Origin: an uncultured virus (IMG/VR IMGVR_UViG_3300025617_000900)
Lineage: Duplodnaviria; Heunggongvirae; Uroviricota; Caudoviricetes
Strand: one strand, 5' to 3'
Length of the DNA stretch: 64,000 nt
Virus record (IMG/VR): IMGVR_UViG_3300025617_000900
A model generated the notes under the pieces. That model ran no database searches. It had not been told where the DNA came from and was given only the letters and a program-made list of their open reading frames with translations. Both the position numbers and the translations under genes were made by a program. Positions within the stretch are counted from its first letter, which is position 1. Each line of letters opens with the position of its first letter. Below are positions 34,443-44,455 of this stretch, one piece after another.

Positions 34443-35213
34443 AACTATATAGAAGATAAGTTACAACAGTTTCTTAACAGCACGTTAGTATCAGATGTTA
34501 TGGTAACTAACAGCACTCTTAGTGATTATAATATAAGATATAACAATCTAGACTATTTAAATGATACACTATTTGAAAAAGGGTCTATGATTCATGTTCC
34601 CAACTTTCAAGATTCTCCTAACAGAATATTTATAGGAGCGTATTCAAGTATACGAGACGGTGGCTACATGCGATCTAATATTTTTATGGGAAGACATAGT
34701 GGACTAGGCAGACGTTGTACTGTTGCTGCTGGGATGCACAATATCACTGGCGTTAGTATTAATTCTGACACAATTATGGCAAAGAAGTCAAATTATTCTG
34801 ACGACGAACTTGCTCGATTAAATATTAGAAGAGATCAAACTGATGTAAAAGAAATGAATAGCAAGCCAGTAATTATAGGCAATGATGTTTTTCTCGGAGA
34901 CAACATTATTATAATGCCAGGTGTTACTATTGGCACTGGAAGTGTTATTGCTGCTAATTCAGTTGTATCTCGAGATATTCCGCCGTATGTAGTTGCAGGA
35001 GGAACACCTTGTGTTCCTATTAGAGATAGATTTCCTGATGATGTAAAAGAAATGCTACTAGATACTAAATGGTGGAATGCTAAATTAGACATCTTAAAAT
35101 CTCTACCTGTTGATAATGTATTTCGTTTTGTTGATGAATTTAAAAAGACTAAAGATAATATCGGAGATCAAGTATGGGACTTAATACCTACGTTAGGATA
35201 TACTCATGAATAA
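34440..35213 (+). CDS. hexapeptide-repeat (CatB/Vat-like) O-acetyltransferase
   Basis: IIGNDVFLG, IMPGVTIGTGSVIAANSVVSRDIPPY..AGG.P, KWW. Confidence 0.9.
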   Translation: MNYIEDKLQQFLNSTLVSDVMVTNSTLSDYNIRYNNLDYLNDTLFEKGSMIHVPNFQDSPNRIFIGAYSSIRDGGYMRSNIFMGRHSGLGRRCTVAAGMHNITGVSINSDTIMAKKSNYSDDELARLNIRRDQTDVKEMNSKPVIIGNDVFLGDNIIIMPGVTIGTGSVIAANSVVSRDIPPYVVAGGTPCVPIRDRFPDDVKEMLLDTKWWNAKLDILKSLPVDNVFRFVDEFKKTKDNIGDQVWDLIPTLGYTHE

Positions 35214-36006
35214 TTGGATAGCTACTGTTGATTTAGATTTAATGACTGCATCCGATAACGACTTATTAGAGTTAGTTAAGCTATGTGCCATTCATACTTG
35301 CGTTAAAATACCTAGTCAAAAGCTTACAATAGAACGAGAAGCTGAAATTGTAAAGTCTTTTCCTAACCCGTATGTGCTGTTTACACCTGATAGTCCAAAC
35401 TTTGAGCGCAGTGCTCTAGACGCTGAAGGATATATAGGACTCGTGTCTGAAAATAGTATAGCAGGACACAAAGAAGAAATGTTATGGCACAACGAAAGTC
35501 CACATGCTAGATTGGGGTCTAGTGTTGCTTGGTTGTATGGCGAACAAGGTATGGAAGGCAGTACAACAGTATGGAATAATACTTTGCTTGCATATGCTGA
35601 CTTAGACTCTGATACAAAAGAAAAAATAAAAGATTTAAAGTGTATAACGTTTGGCAATGTTAATCATAGCGTAGCACGAACAGACGAAAACTTTAAAAAT
35701 AGATCTATATACAATAACGTTCCTACTCCGCTAATACAAACTAACTATGCAGGAAAAACAGGATTATTTTTAAGCTTGCATCAGTTTGAACGATTTGAAG
35801 GAATGACTAGAGAAGAAAGTTTAGAGATAGCAGAACCTTTATTTGATTTTATCACACAAGACAAATATTGCTATACACATCAGTGGAAAGACGGTGATGT
35901 TTCACTAAGTGATCAATGGTTAGGAGTACATCGAAGACTGGAGTTTAGTAAAATGCAGGATAGAATTGTGCATCGAGCTACTTTTGATTATCCGGCTTTT
36001 GTATAA
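35206..36006 (+). CDS. TauD/TfdA-family dioxygenase
   Basis: LWHNE, G.T...NT..AY..L, H.WK.GD...D....HRR. Confidence 0.85.
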   Translation: MNNWIATVDLDLMTASDNDLLELVKLCAIHTCVKIPSQKLTIEREAEIVKSFPNPYVLFTPDSPNFERSALDAEGYIGLVSENSIAGHKEEMLWHNESPHARLGSSVAWLYGEQGMEGSTTVWNNTLLAYADLDSDTKEKIKDLKCITFGNVNHSVARTDENFKNRSIYNNVPTPLIQTNYAGKTGLFLSLHQFERFEGMTREESLEIAEPLFDFITQDKYCYTHQWKDGDVSLSDQWLGVHRRLEFSKMQDRIVHRATFDYPAFV

Positions 36007-36724
36007 CAAAACTTTGATTTTCTAAAGGTTCTAGCGTAACAGCATATAGTTTCCAATTGTTAATTACAACAAATTCGTGTACTGCACTCATTACTCCGTA
36101 TGAAAACCCATTTGATACACCAACCTGAAAGTAGTCATGACCTGAGATGAATCCGCCTGGTTTTATTTTATCTGCAAATGAATTTAGTTCTGCTTTGGTT
36201 CTTTCATACGTGTGAGTAGTATCTATATAGATCCAATCAAAATACTCGTCATTAAACAAATTTCCTGCTTCTGCAGAGTCTATTTGATGTATTTCTATGT
36301 TTTCTTTTTTACCTAGTATACTGTTCACTGAATTTAATTGATAATCGAATTGAAAAATATCAATAAGATGTAACTTTTGTGGTTGTGTAACCTCGTATAT
36401 ACGTTCTGCAAAACGACCTCTATCAACACCTATCTCTGCTACTACAGCATTTTTTGGCATTTGTCCTAGTAAACTCATACGGTCGAGAATTGCTTTACAG
36501 CCATCTACATGATGCGGTTCAAGAAACCGTAAAGTTTTAATAGAATCAAAAATTCTTTGATCAGTTTTACTATCAAATAGTTTACCTAAGTATTCGTCAA
36601 AAAACTTATCAATATCTTCTATATGACCTATTTTAAAAGATCGAGTTTTTTCTTTAAAAGCATCTATATGCTGATGTAAATCTATCTTTAGCTGTTTTAA
36701 AAACTCTTCTGCACTTTCTTGCAC
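35978..36724 (-). CDS. class I SAM-dependent methyltransferase (Methyltransf_24-like)
   Basis: AEIGVDRG, FDWIYID..H.Y, GGFISGHDY. Confidence 0.88.
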   Translation of the reverse strand: MQESAEEFLKQLKIDLHQHIDAFKEKTRSFKIGHIEDIDKFFDEYLGKLFDSKTDQRIFDSIKTLRFLEPHHVDGCKAILDRMSLLGQMPKNAVVAEIGVDRGRFAERIYEVTQPQKLHLIDIFQFDYQLNSVNSILGKKENIEIHQIDSAEAGNLFNDEYFDWIYIDTTHTYERTKAELNSFADKIKPGGFISGHDYFQVGVSNGFSYGVMSAVHEFVVINNWKLYAVTLEPLENQSFVIQKPDNQK

Positions 36725-36737
36725 AACTTACCTCACT

Positions 36738-37292
36738 TTACCATCTAGGATGTTTGTTTAATTCTTCAAAAAATTTGTCTGGGAAAATTTCCCACACTGT
36801 TTGATTGGTGCCTCTATAAAACACATCTTTTATACGTTTCATTTGCCCTGTCTTTTCCATAGCAGGAGCAAATACTCTGTGTACTATACGCTGTGTACCT
36901 GCTTCGTTTTCATTAGAGGTTATAAATGCCCTGGCGCCTTCTGGAAGCCATTCTAAACAAGCAGGAATTAAAAATTGTCCAGTGGCATGTTGATGTGTGA
37001 CAATCTGATTACGTGTTCGTAAACTGACTAGCGGTAATTTATCTGTAAACACGCATGTTCTAGCAGCAACCCTAAATGTATTAGGGCCCATTACATCGTC
37101 GAATGTATGTGCTGCTACACTACCTATTGCTTCATTATTATAATATAAAATCCAAGTTTGCCATTTAGCTTCTTTATGAAAACAATCTACAAGCATATGC
37201 TGCGATGCATTATTTTCAAAACCTCGGGCTTCTGCGTTTTTATAAAAATCTTCTAAATCTAAGTCTTCTGACCAAGGTATAATATTATACAT
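36738..37292 (-). CDS. hypothetical protein, possible GNAT fold
   Basis: WILYYNNEAIGSVAA...FRVAAR...AFITSN strand pattern. Confidence 0.5.
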   Translation of the reverse strand: MYNIIPWSEDLDLEDFYKNAEARGFENNASQHMLVDCFHKEAKWQTWILYYNNEAIGSVAAHTFDDVMGPNTFRVAARTCVFTDKLPLVSLRTRNQIVTHQHATGQFLIPACLEWLPEGARAFITSNENEAGTQRIVHRVFAPAMEKTGQMKRIKDVFYRGTNQTVWEIFPDKFFEELNKHPRW

Positions 37293-37965
37293 TAAGTGCG
37301 TTCTCTATAAAATCAGCTGGATAATTTGTTCTAAAACTGTTCCAACATAGTTTGTCCATTACTGCCCAAGGCTGCGGTGTATTCCACTCTATGCCTAAAC
37401 TTTCTAAATGTTTGCGCATTTCGGCTTGACGTGTACTGTATATATGACTTTCAACTTCTGCAATACTTACACAAGGCTCATCCTCATGATATGTAAAAAA
37501 GTAATTCATACTTTTTAATTTGCCGTCAACAATAAAATAACTGCTAGGATGCATACTATACTTGTGAAACCCTAAACTTTTATGTGCTTTAATTATTTCA
37601 AGCATTTGATCTTGCCAATCTGGTAATACACTATCGTAATTTTCTGTTAAGCAGCCTGCACTATTCCAAAAGTCTTTTCCGTCTATACTTAAAAAGATTT
37701 TTTTATTTTCTGTATCTAATTCAAACTCAGGAACTAAGTTTGGAAATTTTTCTGCCATTAATGAGAGATATTTAACTTCTCTTTTAAATTTTTCTTCCAT
37801 TAGTGCAGGATCGACTACTTGATTTTGTCCTTTATGATACTCGCCGTCATTATAATACCATTGCACAAATGTTGTTAAATCTTTATCAGCTAAACTTGTG
37901 TAAATTAAGTTGTTTCTACACAATCCAATACCTGGTACGTTGTTCCAATAATATTCATAGTCCAT
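37285..37965 (-). CDS. atypical protein-kinase-like protein
   Basis: F.REV.YL, VPE, HKYSMHPSSYFI, LKSMNYF; paralog of 42551-43228. Confidence 0.5.
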   Translation of the reverse strand: MDYEYYWNNVPGIGLCRNNLIYTSLADKDLTTFVQWYYNDGEYHKGQNQVVDPALMEEKFKREVKYLSLMAEKFPNLVPEFELDTENKKIFLSIDGKDFWNSAGCLTENYDSVLPDWQDQMLEIIKAHKSLGFHKYSMHPSSYFIVDGKLKSMNYFFTYHEDEPCVSIAEVESHIYSTRQAEMRKHLESLGIEWNTPQPWAVMDKLCWNSFRTNYPADFIENALNV

Positions 37966-38028
37966 AATGATATTCCTCAGTGTTATTTATAGGTAAATAG
38001 TAGCATATAATTAAAATGTGAGTACTTA

Positions 38029-39075
38029 ATGAATACACTATTAGACACACTATCAATGTGCGAACACTGTTATCGACATATTCCTGCTGTTAGATTTGAA
38101 AAAGATAATCAAATATGGCTAGGAAAAACGTGTCCCGAACACGGTTATCACGAATGCTTGGTAGAAATAGACGCAGATTTTTATCTTAATTTTAAGTACG
38201 AACGCAGAAAGCCTAATACGTTTTGGTTTGAAATAACTAACCGTTGCAATTTAGACTGTCCGCATTGTTATCAGATGCCGGATAATTTATCAATAGATCC
38301 TACTGTTGCTTCAATAATAGAACAAACTAAAAAACTACCGGATGATATGGCTATTGCGTTAGTAGGAGCAGAGCCTACAACACGTAAAGACCTAGCAGAT
38401 ATTGTAAAGAATATACAGTCGCTAACAGAACAGCCTCGGTGGTTAATGGTTGTAACTAACGGAATAAACTTAGGCAAGCGAGCATATGCAGAAAAATTTG
38501 TTGGGATAGAAGGGTTAACTTGGACTATTGGGCTCAACCATCCTGATTATAATGGCGGCGTTATTAGAAAAAAACAACAAGTGGGAATCGATAACTGCAT
38601 TGAACTAGGCCTCACTATTAAGAACTTTACTTACACTTTAGGAACTATGGATCAATTAGATGACGTATTAGAAGAAATACAAGAATGGGATCGTAAAGGA
38701 GTATGTAGCGATGCAAGAATACAACTAGGTGTTGAAATTGGGCGCACTCCAGACGAAGACGAACCAGAACATTACTTGTCAGAGTTAGTTAAAGCAGCAG
38801 AGGCACTATGTAAGAAAAAGGGATGGGAGTGGGAAGTAAATGAAACGCACGGCAATCGCACTCATTTCTTAGTAAAAATAAACGGTATTACGCACAGGTT
38901 TATAAAATGGTGCGATGTTAAAACTATAGATTTTGAAGAAGTGTATTCTGAATCTTGGGCCACTGTAGTTCCAGGAAAACCAAAAAGTCCACTATTACAT
39001 CAAGTTATATTGAGAGATAGAGCAGTTAACGAAAGAAAACCGTTGTTTGATACATTGCCAGAGAAATATCGATGA
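38029..39075 (+). CDS. radical SAM protein with N-terminal CxxC...CPEHG domain (Tes/MJ0619-like architecture)
   Basis: TLSMCEHC, KTCPEHG, TNRCNLDCPHC, GAEPT, TNG. Confidence 0.88.
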   Translation: MNTLLDTLSMCEHCYRHIPAVRFEKDNQIWLGKTCPEHGYHECLVEIDADFYLNFKYERRKPNTFWFEITNRCNLDCPHCYQMPDNLSIDPTVASIIEQTKKLPDDMAIALVGAEPTTRKDLADIVKNIQSLTEQPRWLMVVTNGINLGKRAYAEKFVGIEGLTWTIGLNHPDYNGGVIRKKQQVGIDNCIELGLTIKNFTYTLGTMDQLDDVLEEIQEWDRKGVCSDARIQLGVEIGRTPDEDEPEHYLSELVKAAEALCKKKGWEWEVNETHGNRTHFLVKINGITHRFIKWCDVKTIDFEEVYSESWATVVPGKPKSPLLHQVILRDRAVNERKPLFDTLPEKYR

Positions 39076-40130
39076 ATAATATTAAAAATACATTGTCGAT
39101 ATGTCACCATTGTTATAGACACGTTTCGGCAACTAGATTTGAAAGAGACGGAAGTATATGGTTAACTAAAACGTGTCCGGAACACGGAGAATCAACACAT
39201 CTAGTAGAACCAGATGCAGATTTTTATAACAATTATGTTTACCGTAGACATGCCCTACAAAGTTATTTTATTGAAATTACTAATAGATGTAATTTAACTT
39301 GTCCGCATTGCTATCAAATGCCCGATAACAAATCCACCGATCCAGCAATTGATACTATGCTTAACAAAATTCAATCTTGGCCCGATGACGGCTATCCTGT
39401 TGCGCTTGTTGGTGCTGAACCTACAGTAAGACAAGACTTGCCTGAAATTATCAATCGCATACACACTCTCCCCGGCAAGAAGCGAACTGTAATGGTATTA
39501 ACTAACGGTGTTAATATGCATAAGGAAGATTATGCAAGAAAGTTTGAAGGTATCGATAATTTAATGTGGACTATTGGCTTAAATCATACAGACTACCAAG
39601 GTCCTGTAGTGCGAAGAAAACAGATGCAAGGTATAGAAAATATGATGAAGTATAAACTTCCAATTAAAAATATTTCTTATACCTTACTAAATCTTACACA
39701 ACTAGAAGACTGCATAGACGAACTTATTGGGTTTGATAATAAGTATTGCAGTCAGTTTAGAATTCGATGTGGCGTAGATATCGGAAGGTCTCCGGAAGAT
39801 AACGAACAAGTGTTTTTAAGTGATTTGCTTAATGCTACAGAAGAAATTTGTAAATCTAAAGGATATACTTTTGAAAGAGAGCCAGAATCAGGCAATAGAG
39901 CACATTATCCAGTAAGGATCAACGGCCTAGCTACTAAAATTATACAGTGGCCTAGTGCAGAAACACTAGACTTGAGCGAAGTACAAACAGAAGCAATTGC
40001 AGATATATTACCTGGGCAGCCTCCGAGTCCGCTAGTACACCAAGTGTTACTTAGAGACGGCGCAATTAATAAAAGACTCCCACTACTAGATACAATACCA
40101 AAGGAATGGATAGACAATTATGGCAAATAG
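39072..40130 (+). CDS. tandem paralog radical SAM protein (Tes/MJ0619-like architecture)
   Basis: TLSICHHC, KTCPEHG, TNRCNLTCPHC, GAEPT, TNG. Confidence 0.88.
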   Translation: MNNIKNTLSICHHCYRHVSATRFERDGSIWLTKTCPEHGESTHLVEPDADFYNNYVYRRHALQSYFIEITNRCNLTCPHCYQMPDNKSTDPAIDTMLNKIQSWPDDGYPVALVGAEPTVRQDLPEIINRIHTLPGKKRTVMVLTNGVNMHKEDYARKFEGIDNLMWTIGLNHTDYQGPVVRRKQMQGIENMMKYKLPIKNISYTLLNLTQLEDCIDELIGFDNKYCSQFRIRCGVDIGRSPEDNEQVFLSDLLNATEEICKSKGYTFEREPESGNRAHYPVRINGLATKIIQWPSAETLDLSEVQTEAIADILPGQPPSPLVHQVLLRDGAINKRLPLLDTIPKEWIDNYGK

Positions 40131-40929
40131 AGGAATTAACGGAACACCGTATTTTGATATGGAACAATATATCGATATGGAAGGATTTGAAAAGTTACAG
40201 CCTGAGATTGTAACAGGCTTCGCTCTAGCAAGAGAATATGCAAAAGAAGCAACTTGGATGACTCCTGGATTTACATTTGAAAATATGAGCTATATTCATA
40301 ATTGGAAACCTATATACCAAGCACTACAGGAATGGCAACAGTTGCCTGATGATGATCCAATTAAACAAGCTGGTGCAAAAATTATGCCTCAAGACTTTAG
40401 TGATTATAAACAGCGTAATATCTTTACTCGTTTTCTAAAAATGGCAATGGGTGCATACGATCCTTACATTTATTATTTCTTATGGGAGGAAGGTAGTTGG
40501 GATGACAGAACTGCTGAAAGAACATTAACCGAAGAAGCAAGGTATTTTCCTGAAACAGTCAAATGGGTTGAAGATTTAATCGATCAAAAGATATTTAAAC
40601 ATATTGGCAGAGTTATTTTCTTCCATTGCGATGCAGACGGTATTCCATTCGAACACAGAGATTTGGATGCTAAGAATGGTATGAACGAAAGCTTTCCACA
40701 TAAAAACGAGTTTATACATATTCGTCCTAACACTAAAAAATCATTTTATATATGGGATCCTAAAACTAAGAATAAAACATACTTAAATACTAGAGCTGCT
40801 TGGTGGAACGATCAAGACTGGCACGGCGGAGAGCGCATTATGGAACAAAGTTATGCATTACGCATTGACGGTGAGTTTACAGAAGAGTTTCGTAAAACGC
40901 TTGGCATTAACAATATAGAGAGTTATTAA
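40120..40929 (+). CDS. cupin/2OG-Fe(II) oxygenase-like protein
   Basis: IGRVIFF, EHRD...WHGG...LRIDG. Confidence 0.6.
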   Translation: MANRGINGTPYFDMEQYIDMEGFEKLQPEIVTGFALAREYAKEATWMTPGFTFENMSYIHNWKPIYQALQEWQQLPDDDPIKQAGAKIMPQDFSDYKQRNIFTRFLKMAMGAYDPYIYYFLWEEGSWDDRTAERTLTEEARYFPETVKWVEDLIDQKIFKHIGRVIFFHCDADGIPFEHRDLDAKNGMNESFPHKNEFIHIRPNTKKSFYIWDPKTKNKTYLNTRAAWWNDQDWHGGERIMEQSYALRIDGEFTEEFRKTLGINNIESY

Positions 40930-40930
40930 T

Positions 40931-41539
40931 ATGAAAATGTATCAAAAATTAAATGTTCCAGAACTACCATTAATTCAAAAAGAGTTATTAGAATATATTA
41001 ACAAATATCCCGATAATGTTTTTGACGAGACAGCGACATCAGAATATTGCCACTCAGTAGGTATAAAAGATTTTCCAACTCTTAGCGGGTTTTTACTTCC
41101 GAGATTAAAACTGCCTTTACAATATACTAATATTTTGATTGTTCCGCCTGTGAGTAACTTTAACATTCATTTAGACGGGAACAACGAGTTACATCAAAAA
41201 GTTGTTATTACTATACCGATAAAAAATTATGAAGAGTCTGTAACACATTGGTATGATCATAAGGATATTAAAGAAGAATATATTTGGTCTAAATTTTGTG
41301 CAAATGAGCAGCCGCCTTATAATGGATACACAATTAATTTTATTAAGGAAGAAATTGTTTTACAGCCTATTGCAAGTACTACCGTCGACAGGATTACTTT
41401 AATGAGAGCTGACTGGTATCATGGCGTTGAAAATAGTATGAACGAAAATAGAATAGTAATAGTGATTAGGTGTGGAGACACAATGATGGATGAAAATGTT
41501 AGTTTTGAAGATCTTATGGAGTTTCAAGATTTAATATGA
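40931..41539 (+). CDS. cupin/2OG-Fe(II) oxygenase-like protein
   Basis: IHLDG...YHGVEN...RIVI.IR. Confidence 0.65.
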   Translation: MKMYQKLNVPELPLIQKELLEYINKYPDNVFDETATSEYCHSVGIKDFPTLSGFLLPRLKLPLQYTNILIVPPVSNFNIHLDGNNELHQKVVITIPIKNYEESVTHWYDHKDIKEEYIWSKFCANEQPPYNGYTINFIKEEIVLQPIASTTVDRITLMRADWYHGVENSMNENRIVIVIRCGDTMMDENVSFEDLMEFQDLI

Positions 41540-42033
41540 AATATTTAGGCAATTACGCAGACTGGATACAACCAGAATGGATCGACTTTATAAAAGATAA
41601 CGATGGCACATGTCGACCTGGAGGTGGCAGAAATCCTGACAGTGAAGAATTTAGAAAAGCAGCAGAACACGGATACGATTTAACACAAACGTATTGGTAT
41701 ATTTACGAGCCCGATACGTTTCCGTTTGATGTTAAGTCGCCTATTCCGTTGGATGGTGAGTTTTTGTGGTGGTTTATAAAAATGAATCCAGGTGATAAAA
41801 TGCCAATGCATAAAGATCCGCATGCTCTTATAGAGAAAAATAGCAAACGCTATTGGATGGCATTACAAGACTACGAACCAGGGCATGTGTTTATCTATGA
41901 AGATAAACTTGCAACAGGATACAAAAAAGGAGACTTATTTGTATATGACGATAGTAAAGCACTGCACGGTGCATGTAATATAGGATGGAGCACAAGAATG
42001 ATTGCATGTTTTAGCTCTTATGATCTGCAATGA
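41536..42033 (+). CDS. 2OG-Fe(II) oxygenase-like protein
   Basis: PG..MPMHKD...LHGACNIG...R. Confidence 0.7.
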   Translation: MKYLGNYADWIQPEWIDFIKDNDGTCRPGGGRNPDSEEFRKAAEHGYDLTQTYWYIYEPDTFPFDVKSPIPLDGEFLWWFIKMNPGDKMPMHKDPHALIEKNSKRYWMALQDYEPGHVFIYEDKLATGYKKGDLFVYDDSKALHGACNIGWSTRMIACFSSYDLQ

Positions 42034-42554
42034 ATTATATAGGCAATTACGCAGATTGGATTAATGATAATAACATTATAGAAATGTTAAACAGTAAACA
42101 AGGCGAGAAGACTCCAGTATGGCAACCTGATCGCTGGACAGGCAATGAAACATTAGAAAAGTTTAGAGAAATGGCAAGACCAGGATACTCAAATAATAAG
42201 TGTTTCTTCCATCAGCTTAACGCAGGATCTCCTGAAATGGAAGGATACAACTTTGTGTATCCTGATTTACCAGATACTAGAGAATATCAGTTTTGGTGGT
42301 TTGTAAAACTATATCCTGGGGAATTTCAAGCAATGCATGTCGATCCGCATTTAACCGAGCTTACTAATTTTGTAAGATATACTATGTTCTTACAAGATTG
42401 GGAACCTGGTCATATATTTGCGTATGATGACAAAATGCTGTCCAACTATAAGGCAGGCGATTTATACGAATGGAGTGATCCTGAGTGCATACATGGGCCT
42501 GCTAACATAGGTTACAATCCAAGACTTACATTACAAATTACATTACACGATTAA
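42030..42554 (+). CDS. 2OG-Fe(II) oxygenase-like protein, tandem paralog of 41536
   Basis: Same start (Y.GNYADWI); MHVD...IHGPANIG..PR. Confidence 0.7.
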   Translation: MNYIGNYADWINDNNIIEMLNSKQGEKTPVWQPDRWTGNETLEKFREMARPGYSNNKCFFHQLNAGSPEMEGYNFVYPDLPDTREYQFWWFVKLYPGEFQAMHVDPHLTELTNFVRYTMFLQDWEPGHIFAYDDKMLSNYKAGDLYEWSDPECIHGPANIGYNPRLTLQITLHD

Positions 42555-43228
42555 TATAATTTATTAAAAATCTCTGGGAATGGACAGTCAGGCCAACACT
42601 TCGGCAAGTGTACATTCATTGTAAGATTAAAGAAATTTCTGAGATCAATTACGCCGTCAGCTTCTGACTGATCAAATCTATAAGAACCTTCGTCTCCAAT
42701 CATGCCTGCAATTGATTTTCTTTCAATAAAATAATCGTCATGCGGCACAACTGAGTAATAATCAATAATTTTTAAAATACCGTCTTTGTTTATAAAGAAA
42801 CAATGTGGATAGAGTGCTAATTTATAATGTTTACTATTTTTAAATTCTTTTACAACACCATACAATCGATCCTTCCAATCAGGAATTTCTTTATCAATTG
42901 ACCTAGATGGATCAAATATTATTTGCGATAATGTTTCTGTGTTCCATTCTATAAAAACTTTATTATTAGCACGATCAATTTCTAAAAGTTTAGGAGTGCA
43001 GCTTAAATGTTGTAGCTCTTCTAAAAAACGTACTTCTCTTTCAAAAAAGAAATCTATTATCTCTTGTGTCATTCCAGGCTGAGAGCCTTGATAATCTTCG
43101 TTAATACAATAGTGTTTGCATAAAATATCTTTATTTGGATTCATCAGAGCTGTGTATAACATATTAGATGACGCCGTTACAGCATCAGCTGTTCTTTTGT
43201 AATAATAATTCCAATTACTTGTATTCAT
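42551..43228 (-). CDS. atypical protein-kinase-like protein
   Basis: FEREVRFL, TPKLLEID, KVFIEW, YKLALYPHCFFI, LKIIDYY. Confidence 0.55.
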   Translation of the reverse strand: MNTSNWNYYYKRTADAVTASSNMLYTALMNPNKDILCKHYCINEDYQGSQPGMTQEIIDFFFEREVRFLEELQHLSCTPKLLEIDRANNKVFIEWNTETLSQIIFDPSRSIDKEIPDWKDRLYGVVKEFKNSKHYKLALYPHCFFINKDGILKIIDYYSVVPHDDYFIERKSIAGMIGDEGSYRFDQSEADGVIDLRNFFNLTMNVHLPKCWPDCPFPEIFNKLY

Positions 43229-43272
43229 AAACATACTTATCATACATTTACAATCGATAAGTATGTTTATGA
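43225..43272. repeat. perfect 17-bp inverted repeat carrying both divergent start codons
   Basis: TCATAAACATACTTATC (43225-43241) / GATAAGTATGTTTATGA (43256-43272). Confidence 0.9.
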
Positions 43273-43868
43273 TACATAAGTTAAATTTAAAATATAATAT
43301 AGATGACGCTGTTGAATATTTTAATATATTAAAAACAGACTTTAATTATTTACACTGGGATTATTTGAAACATCATAATCAACCGACATTTATTGATGCT
43401 AAAAATACAATTGATAGTGTTAATGGCTGGGGACTACAAACAATATACAACGATCCTACATTTCCGTATCACCCTGATTTAGACCCGCATGACGAAGGTC
43501 CTGAATATTTTAAAGATACTCCAATGGTATTTGGATTCTTTAAGAGATTAAAAAATTTATTAAAACAGCCGTATCGGTCATTTTTATTTAATTATCCGCC
43601 TAACCAAAAATTAGGAAAATGGCATTCTCATAACCGAGACCATGTTACTATTGTAATTCCTATTATAACCAACGACAAAGTTTGTATAATTAGTCATCAA
43701 GAAAATATTCAAACCGTTGTACTAGAAGAAGGCAACGTATACTTATTAGATACAACAAAATACCCTGCTGAATTTCAAAACAATAGTCAAGGAGAAATAA
43801 CTATAATAATTATTAGTGTTCTAATAGAATATAAGCAAGAAGTATTAGACATGATAGGAATCATATAA
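43269..43868 (+). CDS. Asp/Asn beta-hydroxylase-like cupin protein, degenerate metal site
   Basis: GWGLQ, R....PP...WHSH, IPIITN, G.VYLLDT; distal His not evident. Confidence 0.55.
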   Translation: MIHKLNLKYNIDDAVEYFNILKTDFNYLHWDYLKHHNQPTFIDAKNTIDSVNGWGLQTIYNDPTFPYHPDLDPHDEGPEYFKDTPMVFGFFKRLKNLLKQPYRSFLFNYPPNQKLGKWHSHNRDHVTIVIPIITNDKVCIISHQENIQTVVLEEGNVYLLDTTKYPAEFQNNSQGEITIIIISVLIEYKQEVLDMIGII

Positions 43869-44455
43869 TGGATAATCCTGGCGCAGCCTACGACAGAAGA
43901 TTACTAACTTTAAAAAGTTGTGCGTTTCTAAATGCATATAGACGCATAAATTTAAAAGAATTAACCGAATCATTAAAGGACAAACAAGGCTCAGATGTTA
44001 CCACTGAGCCAAGCCGCTGGAACTTAGATAATAGCGACTATGGAAAAATACATGCTATTTGGAAAGAAGCTAATTTTAATTCTTCTGCTATGAAGTGGAC
44101 AAACTACTATCCTGGAGGAGAGTTCTCACAGGAGTTTGTCGATGATGTTGCATTTTATTTACGATTAAAAGGTGTGCATCGCGCTTGGATTAGCAGAGTT
44201 GATCCCGGATACTATGCTCCGTGGCATTGGGACGTCGATGATAATGAACAGGAATATTTAAAGTATGGTGAGATTAAACGCTACAGTATTATGATGGGAG
44301 ATAAAACTCCCGGACATATTTTTATGCTAGGGGAAGATTATTTGTACGACTGTGTTCAAGGATCAATATTTCGTTGGAATAATCATAACGAGTGGCACAG
44401 TGGCATTAATGCAGGTATGACTCCAAAGTTTATGTTTCACATAATCGGATATTAA
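43868..44455 (+). CDS. 2OG-Fe(II) oxygenase-like protein
   Basis: ISRVDPG..APWHWD...WHSGIN.G..PK. Confidence 0.7.
   Translation: MDNPGAAYDRRLLTLKSCAFLNAYRRINLKELTESLKDKQGSDVTTEPSRWNLDNSDYGKIHAIWKEANFNSSAMKWTNYYPGGEFSQEFVDDVAFYLRLKGVHRAWISRVDPGYYAPWHWDVDDNEQEYLKYGEIKRYSIMMGDKTPGHIFMLGEDYLYDCVQGSIFRWNNHNEWHSGINAGMTPKFMFHIIGY

Noticed and set aside
34440..35213. Antibiotic resistance gene (catB/vat)
   Set aside because: The hexapeptide fold is shared with sugar O-acetyltransferases, and the context favours a tailoring role.
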